From positions 1,312,001-1,376,000 of the forward strand of contig CBDDFZ010000001.1 of assembly GCA_965227515.1 (NCBI GenBank): a stretch of 64,000 nt of DNA, written 5' to 3'. Each line of letters opens with the position of its first letter. Position 1 is the first letter of the stretch. This DNA comes from Alphaproteobacteria bacterium. GTDB taxonomy: Bacteria; Pseudomonadota; Alphaproteobacteria; CALKHQ01. Positions 19,443 to 28,494 of this stretch are shown one piece after another. Both the position numbers and the translations under genes were made by a program. The notes under the pieces are model-generated. The model ran no database searches. It saw only the letters and a program-made list of their open reading frames with translations, and was not told the origin of the DNA.

Positions 19443-20813
19443 ATGATCGATAACATGAAACATGCCACGTCTCGGCGCGGGGCCTTGTTGGCCGCCCTGC
19501 TGGCCATGGCTGTCGTGGCGTTCGGCGTGGCGGGCCAAGGCCAGGCGCGTGCCGAACTGGTCATCGACATTACCGAAGGCACGGTCGAGCCGCTGCCGAT
19601 CGCGATTCCGGATTTCACCGGCGCCTCGCTGGAAGGCTCGGAACTCGGCCGTCAGATCGCCGGCGTGATCACGTCGGACCTGGAAAGCTCCGGCCTGTTC
19701 CGCCCGATCGCGGTGCAGAGCCTGCCGCAGACCGCGCAGCAACTGGCGGCGGATGCCGGCCCCGACTTCGGGCTGTGGACCAGTTCCGGCGCCCAGGCGC
19801 TGGTGACCGGGACGTCGACGATCCAAAGCGACGGGCGGCTGTCGGTGGACTTCCGGCTGTGGGACGTGCTGGCCAACGAGCAGATCGAGGGCCTGAACTT
19901 CACCACCGATGCCGACAACTGGCGCCGCATCGCGCACAAGATCGCCGACGCGATCTACGCGCGGATCACCGGCGAGACCGGCTATTTCGATACCCGCGTG
20001 GTCTATGTCGCGGAATCCGGCCCGGCCGACCAGCGCGTTAAGCGGCTGGCGATCATGGACCAGGACGGCGCCAACCACGCCTATCTGACCGACGGCAGCT
20101 ATCTGGTGCTGACACCGCGCTTCTCGCCGTCGAACCAGACCATCACCTACGTCGCCTACATCAACAACCAGCCGCGGGTGTACCTGTTCAACCTGGAGTC
20201 GGGCCAGCAGCGCTCGCTCGGCGACTTTCCGGGCATGACCTATGCGCCGCGGTTCACGCCGGACGGCGGATCGCTGCTGATGAGCCTGGATCAGGGCGGC
20301 AACAGCGAGATCTATCGCATCAACCTGGCCAGCGGGGCGCAGACCCGGCTGACCAACCATCCGGCGATCGATACCGGCGCCAGCATGGCGCCCGACGGCG
20401 CGCGCATCGTGTTCGAGTCCGACCGCAGCGGGTCGCAGCAACTTTACGTGATGGGTGCCGGCGGCGGCGGCGCGCAGCGGATCAGCTTCGGCGAGGGACG
20501 CTACGGCACGCCGGTGTGGTCGCCGCGCGGCGACCTGATCGCCTTCACCAAGATTCTGGGCGGCAAGTTCTATATCGGCGTCATGCGGCCGGACGGCAGC
20601 GGCGAACGGCTGCTGGCCGAGGGCTTTCTGGTCGAAAGCCCGACCTGGGCGCCGAACGGGCGCGTGCTGATGTTCTACACGCAAAGCCCCACCACATCGG
20701 CCGGCCAGACGTCGGCCCGGCTGTTTTCCGTCGACCTGACCGGCTTCAATCAGCGTTCGGTCGGTTCGCCGGGGGACGGATCGGATCCGGCGTGGTCGCC
20801 TTTGCTGCCCTGA
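19443..20813 (+). CDS. tolB: TolB (start may be ATG 19455)
   Basis: PLPIAIPDF, AHKIADAIY..ITGE.GYFDTR, beta-propeller repeats (P.FSP, P.WSP). Confidence 0.97.
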   Translation: MIDNMKHATSRRGALLAALLAMAVVAFGVAGQGQARAELVIDITEGTVEPLPIAIPDFTGASLEGSELGRQIAGVITSDLESSGLFRPIAVQSLPQTAQQLAADAGPDFGLWTSSGAQALVTGTSTIQSDGRLSVDFRLWDVLANEQIEGLNFTTDADNWRRIAHKIADAIYARITGETGYFDTRVVYVAESGPADQRVKRLAIMDQDGANHAYLTDGSYLVLTPRFSPSNQTITYVAYINNQPRVYLFNLESGQQRSLGDFPGMTYAPRFTPDGGSLLMSLDQGGNSEIYRINLASGAQTRLTNHPAIDTGASMAPDGARIVFESDRSGSQQLYVMGAGGGGAQRISFGEGRYGTPVWSPRGDLIAFTKILGGKFYIGVMRPDGSGERLLAEGFLVESPTWAPNGRVLMFYTQSPTTSAGQTSARLFSVDLTGFNQRSVGSPGDGSDPAWSPLLP

Positions 20814-20944
20814 TGGGATGTGCCGGGCGCGGCGGTGTTGCCGCTCCGGCGGACTCGCACTTCACGATAGTTTGCGGTGCTTTTTGAGCGGCGCTGCAGC
20901 CCTGCTATTGGTCAACAAAGCTCAATGGTCGTGAGAGGGTAAGG

Positions 20945-21430
20945 ATGTTTCGTACGGTTTTGGCATTCGTGGGAATCGCGTTCCTGCTTGCCGCCTGTGG
21001 GTCGGACAGCAGCCAGACCGGCAATCAGGCCGCGATTTCGCAGCCGGTGGTCGCCGGCACCGCAGGCCCGGTGCCTGGCACGCAGGAGGATCTGCGCGTC
21101 AACATCGGTGACCGGGTGTTCTTCGACTACGACCAGTCCACGTTGCGGCCGGAAGCGCGCCAGCTTGTGGAGCGCTGGGCGCAGTGGCTGAACCAGTATC
21201 CCAATCTGCGGGTGACCCTGGAGGGGCATGCCGACGAGCGCGGCACCCGCGAGTATAACCTGGCCTTGGGCGCGCGGCGCGCGAACGCGGTCCGCGACTA
21301 CCTAGTGTCTCTCGGTATCTCGGGCGCGCGGCTGGCGACGATCAGCTACGGCAAGGAACGGCCGGCGATCCCGGGGTCGAACGAGACGTCGTACTCGCAG
21401 AACCGCCGCGGCGTGATGCTGGTGAACTAG
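20945..21430 (+). CDS. pal: Peptidoglycan-associated lipoprotein Pal
   Basis: Lipobox LAAC, EGHADERGTREYNLALG.RRA, SYGKERP, NRR. Confidence 0.97.
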   Translation: MFRTVLAFVGIAFLLAACGSDSSQTGNQAAISQPVVAGTAGPVPGTQEDLRVNIGDRVFFDYDQSTLRPEARQLVERWAQWLNQYPNLRVTLEGHADERGTREYNLALGARRANAVRDYLVSLGISGARLATISYGKERPAIPGSNETSYSQNRRGVMLVN

Positions 21431-21480
21431 GCACGCGGCGCGTGTAGGTCAGGGTTTCGAGCAGTTTGTGGAGAAAGGCG

Positions 21481-22266
21481 ATGGTCGGGTTTCGTCGCAC
21501 GACAGGTAGGGTTCGCATCGGCAGCTTCGCCGCCGCCGCGGTGGTGGCGGTCATGGGGGCGGCCGGCGCGTCGGCGCAGGACTCGAACATCGGCCTTCTC
21601 TACGACAAGCTCACGACCCTGGAAGCGCAGATGAGCGACCTAACCAACCGGGTCGAACGGCTGGAATACAGCGTGGGCCAGTTGACCCAGCGACTTGAGG
21701 CGCTGGCCCGCGACGTCGACTTCCGCTTCAACGAGCTTGGCGGCAGTTCGGGCAGTTCCGGCGCGGTGTCGCCGTCGCTGACCGCCCCGCAGCCGCCCGG
21801 CAATAACGGTGGCGGCAATAGCGTCGGCAGCAGCGATGTCGCGGCACCGTCGCAGACCGCCTCGCTGAACATCCCGAATGGAGAGGCGGAGCAGCAGTTC
21901 CAGTTCATCCGCCAATTGCTGGACGCCGGCGACTATCCCACCGCCGATGCATCGTTGCGCCGGTTCATCGAGCAGTATCCGACCCATCCGCTGGCTTCGA
22001 GCGCGTTCTTCTGGCTGGGCGAGATCTACTACGACCAGCGCGACTACATGCGCGCGGCGGAGACCTATGCCGCTGGCCTGTCGAACTATCCGCAGGGCTA
22101 CAAGGCGCCGGATACGCTGTTGAAGCTGGCGCTGGCGCTGACCGAGCTTGGCCGGGCGAGTGACGCCTGCGCCGCGCTGAACCAGCTCCAGACCGCTTAT
22201 CCGACGGCCCCGTTCAACATTCAGCAGCGCGCCATCACGGCGCGTGCGACCGCGGGCTGCGGCTGA
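21481..22266 (+). CDS. cpoB: Cell division coordinator CpoB/YbgF
   Basis: Signal peptide, coiled coil, TPR with FWLGE, KAPD.LLKL, AC..L; follows pal. Confidence 0.9.
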   Translation: MVGFRRTTGRVRIGSFAAAAVVAVMGAAGASAQDSNIGLLYDKLTTLEAQMSDLTNRVERLEYSVGQLTQRLEALARDVDFRFNELGGSSGSSGAVSPSLTAPQPPGNNGGGNSVGSSDVAAPSQTASLNIPNGEAEQQFQFIRQLLDAGDYPTADASLRRFIEQYPTHPLASSAFFWLGEIYYDQRDYMRAAETYAAGLSNYPQGYKAPDTLLKLALALTELGRASDACAALNQLQTAYPTAPFNIQQRAITARATAGCG

Positions 22267-22349
22267 TCGCAACTCCCGACGCGACCGAACGGGCGGCGGC
22301 CGGCACGGACAACGCCGCGGCGCTGACCGATGCCGATTTCGGCAGCCGG

Positions 22350-23618
22350 ATGGCGCGGTTCGCGCCGTTCGAGCCGTCACCGACTGTGGCTGTCGCGGTA
22401 TCGGGCGGCGCGGACAGCATGGCGCTCGCCTGGCTTGCCGGGCGGTGGGCGCGGCAGGCCGGCGGGCGGACCATCGGATTGATCGTCGACCACGGCCTGC
22501 GCCCGGAAGCGGCGGACGAGGCGGCGCGGGCGGCGGCCTGGCTGACCGCCATGGATATCGAGGCCCATGTCCTGACCGTGTCGGCGGCCCCGCCGGCCAC
22601 CGGCAATGTGCAGGCCTGGGCCCGCGACCAGCGCTATCACGCCATGGAAGAGTGGTGCCGGGCGCAAGGCGTTCTGCACCTGCTGGTCGGCCATCATGCC
22701 GACGACCAGGCGGAGACGGTGTTGCAGCGCCTGGCGCGCGGCAGCGGCGTCCATGGCCTGTCCGCGATGACGCCGTGCCGGATGCTGACCCATGTGCGTG
22801 TGCTGCGGCCGTTGCTGAGCTGCGCGCGCGCCGCACTGCGGCGAACCTTGCAGGCGGCGGGGCAGGACTGGCTGGACGATCCCTCAAACGAGGACGAGCG
22901 GTTCGACCGGGTGCGCCTGCGCAAGGCGCTGGCAAGCCTAGCGCCGGAGAATGCGGTGGGCCAGCACCTGGCGGATTCCGCCGCGGCGCTGCAACGCGCC
23001 CGTGCGGCACTGGACACGGCGGTGAGCGCGTGCCTGGCATCGGCGGTCACCATCGACCCGGCGGGCTATGCCTGGCTGCTGTCCGCGCCACTGTGCGCGG
23101 CCCCGGACGAAGTGGCGCACCGGGCGATGACGCAATTGTTGGCCTGCATTGGCGGCGGCGCGCATCCGTCGTCGCAAGCGGCGGTGGCGCGGGTGGTCGA
23201 CACGGTGCGCCAGCACGCCGGCGGGGCCCGCACCCTGGCCGGTTGCCGGCTCGTCGCCAAGACCCATGGGTGGCTGATTTGTCGCGAAAACCGCCGGATT
23301 CCGGCGCCTTTGACGTTGCAGCCGGGCGACATGGGGCGTTGGGACAAGCGGTTCGTCTGCCGGCTCGATTCCACGGCCCGAGGCCCGATGACGGTGCGGG
23401 CGCGACAGCGTGGCGACCGCCTGGGCAGCGAGGCGATCGGCATTCCGGGGCCGGCACGGGCGGGCGTTCCGGTGGTGGAGGCGCTTGACGGCCGCATCTG
23501 GCTTCCCCACCTCTATCGTCGGGCGGATGACGCAGGATCCGTGATGGCTTGCCTGTCGGTGGCGTTCGCGCCACATCGTCCGTTGAGCGAGCCGTTGGTG
23601 AAGGTAAGGCCCGCGTAG
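22350..23618 (+). CDS. tilS: tRNA(Ile)-lysidine synthetase (start possibly upstream, at in-frame CTG 22263)
   Basis: AVAVSGGADSMAL, VDHGLR, HHADDQAET, RPLL, DDPSN...R.R.R. Confidence 0.95.
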   Translation: MARFAPFEPSPTVAVAVSGGADSMALAWLAGRWARQAGGRTIGLIVDHGLRPEAADEAARAAAWLTAMDIEAHVLTVSAAPPATGNVQAWARDQRYHAMEEWCRAQGVLHLLVGHHADDQAETVLQRLARGSGVHGLSAMTPCRMLTHVRVLRPLLSCARAALRRTLQAAGQDWLDDPSNEDERFDRVRLRKALASLAPENAVGQHLADSAAALQRARAALDTAVSACLASAVTIDPAGYAWLLSAPLCAAPDEVAHRAMTQLLACIGGGAHPSSQAAVARVVDTVRQHAGGARTLAGCRLVAKTHGWLICRENRRIPAPLTLQPGDMGRWDKRFVCRLDSTARGPMTVRARQRGDRLGSEAIGIPGPARAGVPVVEALDGRIWLPHLYRRADDAGSVMACLSVAFAPHRPLSEPLVKVRPA

Positions 23619-23680
23619 GTGATGGTTTCTGAGGGCTGGCGCGGACTTCAGCGTGAGCTGACGCTGTTCAAGCGCGCTGA

Positions 23681-23696
23681 TGGCATGACGGTTGCG
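23681..23696 (+). promoter_or_regulatory. Putative sigma54 -24/-12 promoter upstream of ftsH
   Basis: TGGCATGACGGTTGCG: GG-N10-GC in TGGCA...TTGC context. Confidence 0.4.
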
Positions 23697-23785
23697 TATT
23701 TGCTACAATGCCCCTGAAGCTGGGGCTGCCATGATGGCTTGGCCGTGATGGCTCTGATGGGCGGCGTTCGAGGAAGGACGATCAG

Positions 23786-25729
23786 TTGAACAATTTCGGC
23801 AAGAATATCTTGTTGTGGGTGATCATCGGCTTGTTGCTGCTGGCACTCTTCAACCTGTTCTCCACATCGGGCGGGCGCAGCGGCCAGCAGGCGGTGGGCT
23901 ACACCGAATTCCTGGAGCAGGTGGACCGCGGCCAGGTCCGCGAGGTCACCATCCAGGGCCACAACATCACCGGCCAGACCCAGCAGGGTCTCGTTTTCCA
24001 GACCTACGCCCCGGACGACCCGATGCTGGTCGACCGGCTGATCGCCTCCGGCGTCAACGTGTCGGCCTCGCCGCCGGACGAGGGCATGCACCCGCTGCTG
24101 TCGATCCTGGCGTCATGGCTGCCGTTCATCATCCTGATCGCGATCTGGATCTTCTTCATGCGCCAGATGCAGTCGGGCGGCGGCCGGGCCATGGGCTTCG
24201 GCAAGTCGCGCGCCAGGCTGCTGACCGAAAAGGTCGGCCGGGTGACGTTCGACGACGTGGCCGGTGTCGACGAGGCGAAGGACGAGCTGCAGGAGATCGT
24301 CGAGTTCCTGCGCGACCCGCAGAAGTTCCAGCGCCTGGGCGGCAAGATCCCGAAGGGCGCGCTGCTGGTCGGCCCGCCCGGCACCGGTAAGACGCTGCTG
24401 GCCCGCGCCATTGCCGGCGAGGCCAACGTGCCGTTCTTCACCATCTCCGGCTCCGACTTCGTGGAGATGTTCGTCGGCGTCGGCGCGTCGCGGGTGCGCG
24501 ACATGTTCGAGCAGGGCAAGAAGAACGCGCCCTGCATCATCTTCATTGACGAGATCGACGCGGTCGGCCGCCATCGCGGCGCCGGCCTGGGCGGCGGCAA
24601 CGACGAGCGCGAGCAGACGCTGAACCAGTTGCTGGTTGAGATGGACGGTTTCGAGTCCAACGAGGGCGTCATCCTGATCGCCGCCACCAACCGGCCGGAC
24701 GTGCTGGATCCGGCGCTGCTGCGCCCGGGCCGCTTCGACCGCCAGATCGTGGTGCCGAACCCGGATATCCTGGGCCGCGAGAAGATCTTGAAGGTTCACA
24801 TGCGCAAGGTGCCGCTGGCGCCCGATGTGGACGCGCGGGTTGTCGCGCGCGGCACGCCGGGCTTCTCCGGCGCCGACCTGGCCAATCTGGTCAACGAGGC
24901 CGCCCTGATGGCGGCGCGGCGCGGCAAGCGCATGGTCACCATGGCCGATTTCGAGGCCGCCAAGGACAAGGTGCTGATGGGCTCCGAGCGCCGGTCCATG
25001 GTGATGACCGAGGACGAGAAGAAGCTGACCGCCTATCACGAGGCCGGTCACGCCCTTGTCGGCCTGAACACCCCGGCCAGCGACCCGCTGCACAAGGTCA
25101 CCATCATCCCGCGCGGCCGCGCGCTGGGCGTGACCATGATGCTGCCGGAGCGCGACAAGTACGGCTACACGCTGCAGGAGGTCACCTCCAAGATCGCGAT
25201 GATGTTCGGCGGTCGGGTGGCCGAGGACCTGGTGTTCGGCCGCGAGAAGGTGACCACCGGTGCGGCCGACGACATTCGCCAGGCGACCAACCTTGCCCGC
25301 AAGATGGTCACCGAATGGGGCATGTCGGACCGGCTTGGCCCGTTGCGCTACTCCGGCGATCAGGAGGAGGTGTTCCTGGGCCACTCGGTGACCCAGACCA
25401 AGAACACGTCCGATGCGACGGCTAAGATCATCGACGAGGAAGTGCGCCGGCTGGTGGAGGAAGGGCAGGACCGCGCCCGTACCATCCTGACCGAGCACCG
25501 CGATGACCTGGAGACGCTGGCGCAGGCGCTGCTGGAGTATGAGACCCTGAGCGGCGAGGAAGTGGAGGCGCTGCTGCGCGGCGAGTCCATCAATCGCGAT
25601 GAGGACAGCGGCAGTGCGCCGACCACGCCGCCGCGCTCCTCGGTGCCGACCAGCGGCGCCGCCGGCGGTACCGGCGACCGCAAGCAGGACGGCGGCATCG
25701 GCCCCGAGCCGGAGCCCCAGGGGACCTGA
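23786..25729 (+). CDS. ftsH: ATP-dependent zinc metalloprotease FtsH
   Basis: Two TMs, [26 protein letters not shown]. Confidence 0.98.
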   Translation: MNNFGKNILLWVIIGLLLLALFNLFSTSGGRSGQQAVGYTEFLEQVDRGQVREVTIQGHNITGQTQQGLVFQTYAPDDPMLVDRLIASGVNVSASPPDEGMHPLLSILASWLPFIILIAIWIFFMRQMQSGGGRAMGFGKSRARLLTEKVGRVTFDDVAGVDEAKDELQEIVEFLRDPQKFQRLGGKIPKGALLVGPPGTGKTLLARAIAGEANVPFFTISGSDFVEMFVGVGASRVRDMFEQGKKNAPCIIFIDEIDAVGRHRGAGLGGGNDEREQTLNQLLVEMDGFESNEGVILIAATNRPDVLDPALLRPGRFDRQIVVPNPDILGREKILKVHMRKVPLAPDVDARVVARGTPGFSGADLANLVNEAALMAARRGKRMVTMADFEAAKDKVLMGSERRSMVMTEDEKKLTAYHEAGHALVGLNTPASDPLHKVTIIPRGRALGVTMMLPERDKYGYTLQEVTSKIAMMFGGRVAEDLVFGREKVTTGAADDIRQATNLARKMVTEWGMSDRLGPLRYSGDQEEVFLGHSVTQTKNTSDATAKIIDEEVRRLVEEGQDRARTILTEHRDDLETLAQALLEYETLSGEEVEALLRGESINRDEDSGSAPTTPPRSSVPTSGAAGGTGDRKQDGGIGPEPEPQGT

Positions 25730-25777
25730 CGCCAGGGGACCTGACGCCCGGGGACCTGACGCCCGGGCACCTCACGC
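25718..25777 (+). repeat. Four 15-bp tandem repeats; the first contains the ftsH stop
   Basis: CAGGGGACCTGACGC x2, CCGGGGACCTGACGC, CCGGGCACCTCACGC. Confidence 0.9.
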
Positions 25778-25834
25778 CAGGTTGGGGGTTAGGGTAGGCC
25801 CACTCAGCGCAAGCGCAGAACGACCTAGCTTCTG

Positions 25835-26389
25835 TCAGATGTAGACCGAACCGGCATCGGGCGCCGCATGGGTTGGCGGCCGGCCGGGCGCGTGCCCGCG
25901 CGTGCCGGTATCGGTGAAGATCGCCCGGATGTGCGACGACATGGCGATGTCCATGTCCAGCATCACCAGCTTGCAGATGGCGGCCTGTATGCCGGCGAGC
26001 GCATCGTCGTCGCTGAATGCGTCTGCGGCGCAGCGCAGAAATTCCTGCAGCATCGCCGAATAGCCCGCCGAATAGAGCGAGGGAATGCCGCCGGCCTTGC
26101 GATGGGCCGCGCCGACCTTGATGGTCCGCCGAATATAGGCGTCACCGAAGTCGCAGGCGAACAGCCCCAGCCAGTGCTCGCGCTGTTTCTCGAACAGCCT
26201 CTTGTCGTCGGTGGCGGCCAGGATCTTGTCGATCTGGGGGTCCATGCGAACCACCCGGTAGAATGCGTGCATGATGTTGTCGAGGTCGCGCGTGACCACC
26301 GGAATGAACGGCTCCAGGACGGGCTTGGTCGTTTCGTCGATGCCGAACAGGCGCAACCGGCCCGGCAGGTCGATGGTGGCATTCTTCAT
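25835..26389 (-). CDS. Stand-alone protoglobin / globin-sensor domain protein
   Basis: RL.LFGID, ...FY, KQ.EHW..LF...F...Y, VGAAH..AG..P..Y.AGY, K..MLDMD.AM (globin-coupled-sensor globin signature). Confidence 0.85.
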   Translation of the reverse strand: MKNATIDLPGRLRLFGIDETTKPVLEPFIPVVTRDLDNIMHAFYRVVRMDPQIDKILAATDDKRLFEKQREHWLGLFACDFGDAYIRRTIKVGAAHRKAGGIPSLYSAGYSAMLQEFLRCAADAFSDDDALAGIQAAICKLVMLDMDIAMSSHIRAIFTDTGTRGHAPGRPPTHAAPDAGSVYI

Positions 26390-26500
26390 GGGAGCGGCTC
26401 GATGCTCGTCGCGTTGGCGGCCGGCAGGACCGCAGCCCCGATGTAACGCCGTCACGGTTTGCCGTTGGTTAAACTGGTCGGGCCGATTGCGACAAAGACT

Positions 26501-26616
26501 GCGGCAGTGCGCCGACCGCGCCGACGCGCTCCTCGGTACTGACGGGCGGGGCCGCCGGTGGCACCGGCGACCGCAAGCAGGACGGCGGCATCGGCCCCGA
26601 GCCGGAGCCCCAGGGG
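26501..26616 (+). repeat. Duplicated 3' end of ftsH (direct repeat of 25608-25723)
   Basis: 116 bp with 9 mismatches by eye; last 54 bp identical. Confidence 0.92.
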
Positions 26617-26705
26617 GTCTGGCGTCCACGAGCGCCCGTGGTCAAACTAGGTCGTGACCAATCTTGCGGGGCCGCGCGATGCGCGGCCCTGATGTCTTCT
26701 AGCGG

Positions 26706-28337
26706 CTACTCCGCCGCTCTCGCCGGTGGCAAAGCCTGGTCCGTTTCGTCAGGCTCATCTTGATTTGCACCTTTGCCTTCGCAGGGCTCTTCATCCTCCG
26801 ACAGCCGGTCTTGGCCCTCAAGCCAGCGCTCGAGTTTGTATAGTGGTTCATTGAGCCAGGGCCGCGTGCGTAGCCAACGCAGTAGACCGGGAGCCGTGTT
26901 GCCTTCATCCGGTGCGCCGCCAGTGCGTTCAAATGCGATGGCCCAGGCCGCCCTGATCTTGCTGCGAATTTGTCGCTTGGCATGGCGTGATACTGCCCAT
27001 AGCAGCGCAAACCAGCCCATCAGCACGACGACAGCCGTTGGTATGCCCGCGAGTTCTTCGGCGGCCAACTGGTCAACAAACTGCATATATCCGGTCCAGA
27101 AGTTCCATTCGAGCGTTGCCAAATAGAGCAGTCCGGCAGCAACAAGTGTCACCACGCTGGTCACGAATACGCTGTTGGTCAGCCTGCGCAGGAAGACGAA
27201 GTCCGCAGCGCTTTGTTGTGCTGCGAAGCGCTCGACCGGATGGACTTCTTCAATGTCGGGCGCGTGCGGTGGCCCGACAATGTATTCGGCGGGCAGGTTC
27301 ACTGGCGCATAATCCGTCGCACCGGTATGCAGACGATACAACGCGCTGTCATGAAAGCGGGCGTCGATCCCATTGCGCGCACAGAGGCTTTCGATATGCC
27401 GGGGCTTGTAACGATAGAACCAAGCCATGCCGGCGCGAGAGTTATAGAGTTTTCCGTGCGTGCTGCATTCGCGGTTGAACTCCTTCCGCAGATCGGCGTC
27501 ATAGCGCAAGTCATGATCCGCAGCTCGATCCATCATCCAGATCAGCGAAATGTGGGCTAACTCGTCCTTCGGATATCCGCCGCCAACGTTGGCGTGTACA
27601 CCCGCAAACCATATCTGCTCGATCCAGTCCGCCGGCTTGCCGGTGGCCGGATTCGTCTGGTCCCACATCACGGGCTCGAACGTCCGCCGCTGGTCGTCGA
27701 TCGAGAGCACGTGGCATGCCTTGTCCACGACACAGGGGTCGAGCCGACGATTTGAGAATCGAAACCTGTATATGAGCCTGTTCCAGATATCCGCGACGAT
27801 ATCGATCGGGAAACCGACCGCGTCAACCGTATCCCAGACACCGATGAACCGGATGTGCCTGGAATCGCCGTGGACGAGCTTTTTGATGGCATTCGCCTTG
27901 TTGGGGCTCGGCCGTGCCTGCAACGTTAGCCGATGGGCACGATGGATCGCCTCAGACAAGAGCAACGTGCCGCATTTGTGCGGATCGATCACGCCAAACC
28001 TGGCAATAATTCCGCCAACGATACGGATCGTGTAGGCGCCCCGGCTGAACCCGAAGAGATAGATGTTGTCGCCGGGCTCATATACTCGGCACAACGATTC
28101 ATAGAGTTGGCGGACGTTCGCCGACAGGCCATGGCCGATTGCGCCGCCCAGTAGCCGCATTACCTTGTTGCCTTCGGTGCCGACCCCATCGTCATGAAAT
28201 GCGATTTGTTTGGGTTCGACCTCGTCGGTGTTTGTCGTGGCGTCGACCGCCTTGAAGATTCGCCAGACGTTTGTCGCGCGCATCTTGCCGCCGCGATTAC
28301 CGGTGCCGTCCGAGCACAGGACTATGTTCTTCGGCAT
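26706..28337 (-). CDS. DUF2235 (Tle1-like alpha/beta hydrolase) protein with C-terminal TM helices
   Basis: KNIVLCSDGTGN, TNVWR, GDNIYLFGFSRGAYT.R, FIGVWDTV, WFAGVHANVGGGY; lower GC than neighbours. Confidence 0.9.
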   Translation of the reverse strand: MPKNIVLCSDGTGNRGGKMRATNVWRIFKAVDATTNTDEVEPKQIAFHDDGVGTEGNKVMRLLGGAIGHGLSANVRQLYESLCRVYEPGDNIYLFGFSRGAYTIRIVGGIIARFGVIDPHKCGTLLLSEAIHRAHRLTLQARPSPNKANAIKKLVHGDSRHIRFIGVWDTVDAVGFPIDIVADIWNRLIYRFRFSNRRLDPCVVDKACHVLSIDDQRRTFEPVMWDQTNPATGKPADWIEQIWFAGVHANVGGGYPKDELAHISLIWMMDRAADHDLRYDADLRKEFNRECSTHGKLYNSRAGMAWFYRYKPRHIESLCARNGIDARFHDSALYRLHTGATDYAPVNLPAEYIVGPPHAPDIEEVHPVERFAAQQSAADFVFLRRLTNSVFVTSVVTLVAAGLLYLATLEWNFWTGYMQFVDQLAAEELAGIPTAVVVLMGWFALLWAVSRHAKRQIRSKIRAAWAIAFERTGGAPDEGNTAPGLLRWLRTRPWLNEPLYKLERWLEGQDRLSEDEEPCEGKGANQDEPDETDQALPPARAAE

Positions 28338-28494
28338 GTCAAAATTCCTTCGAGCAAGCATTTGAATATGCCGCCAGGGTGCCAAAAGACGGCCGCTGGC
28401 ACAAATCAAAACCGAATCAATGCTCGAAGGGCTTCGGTGGGCGTTGTACGGATCGCCGGGCGATCGATCGGAGGGTGCGGGCCTGGACTCCCGC

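Noticed and set aside
25718-25777. CRISPR-like array
   Set aside because: The 15-bp units are contiguous with no spacers, and there are no cas genes in the window.
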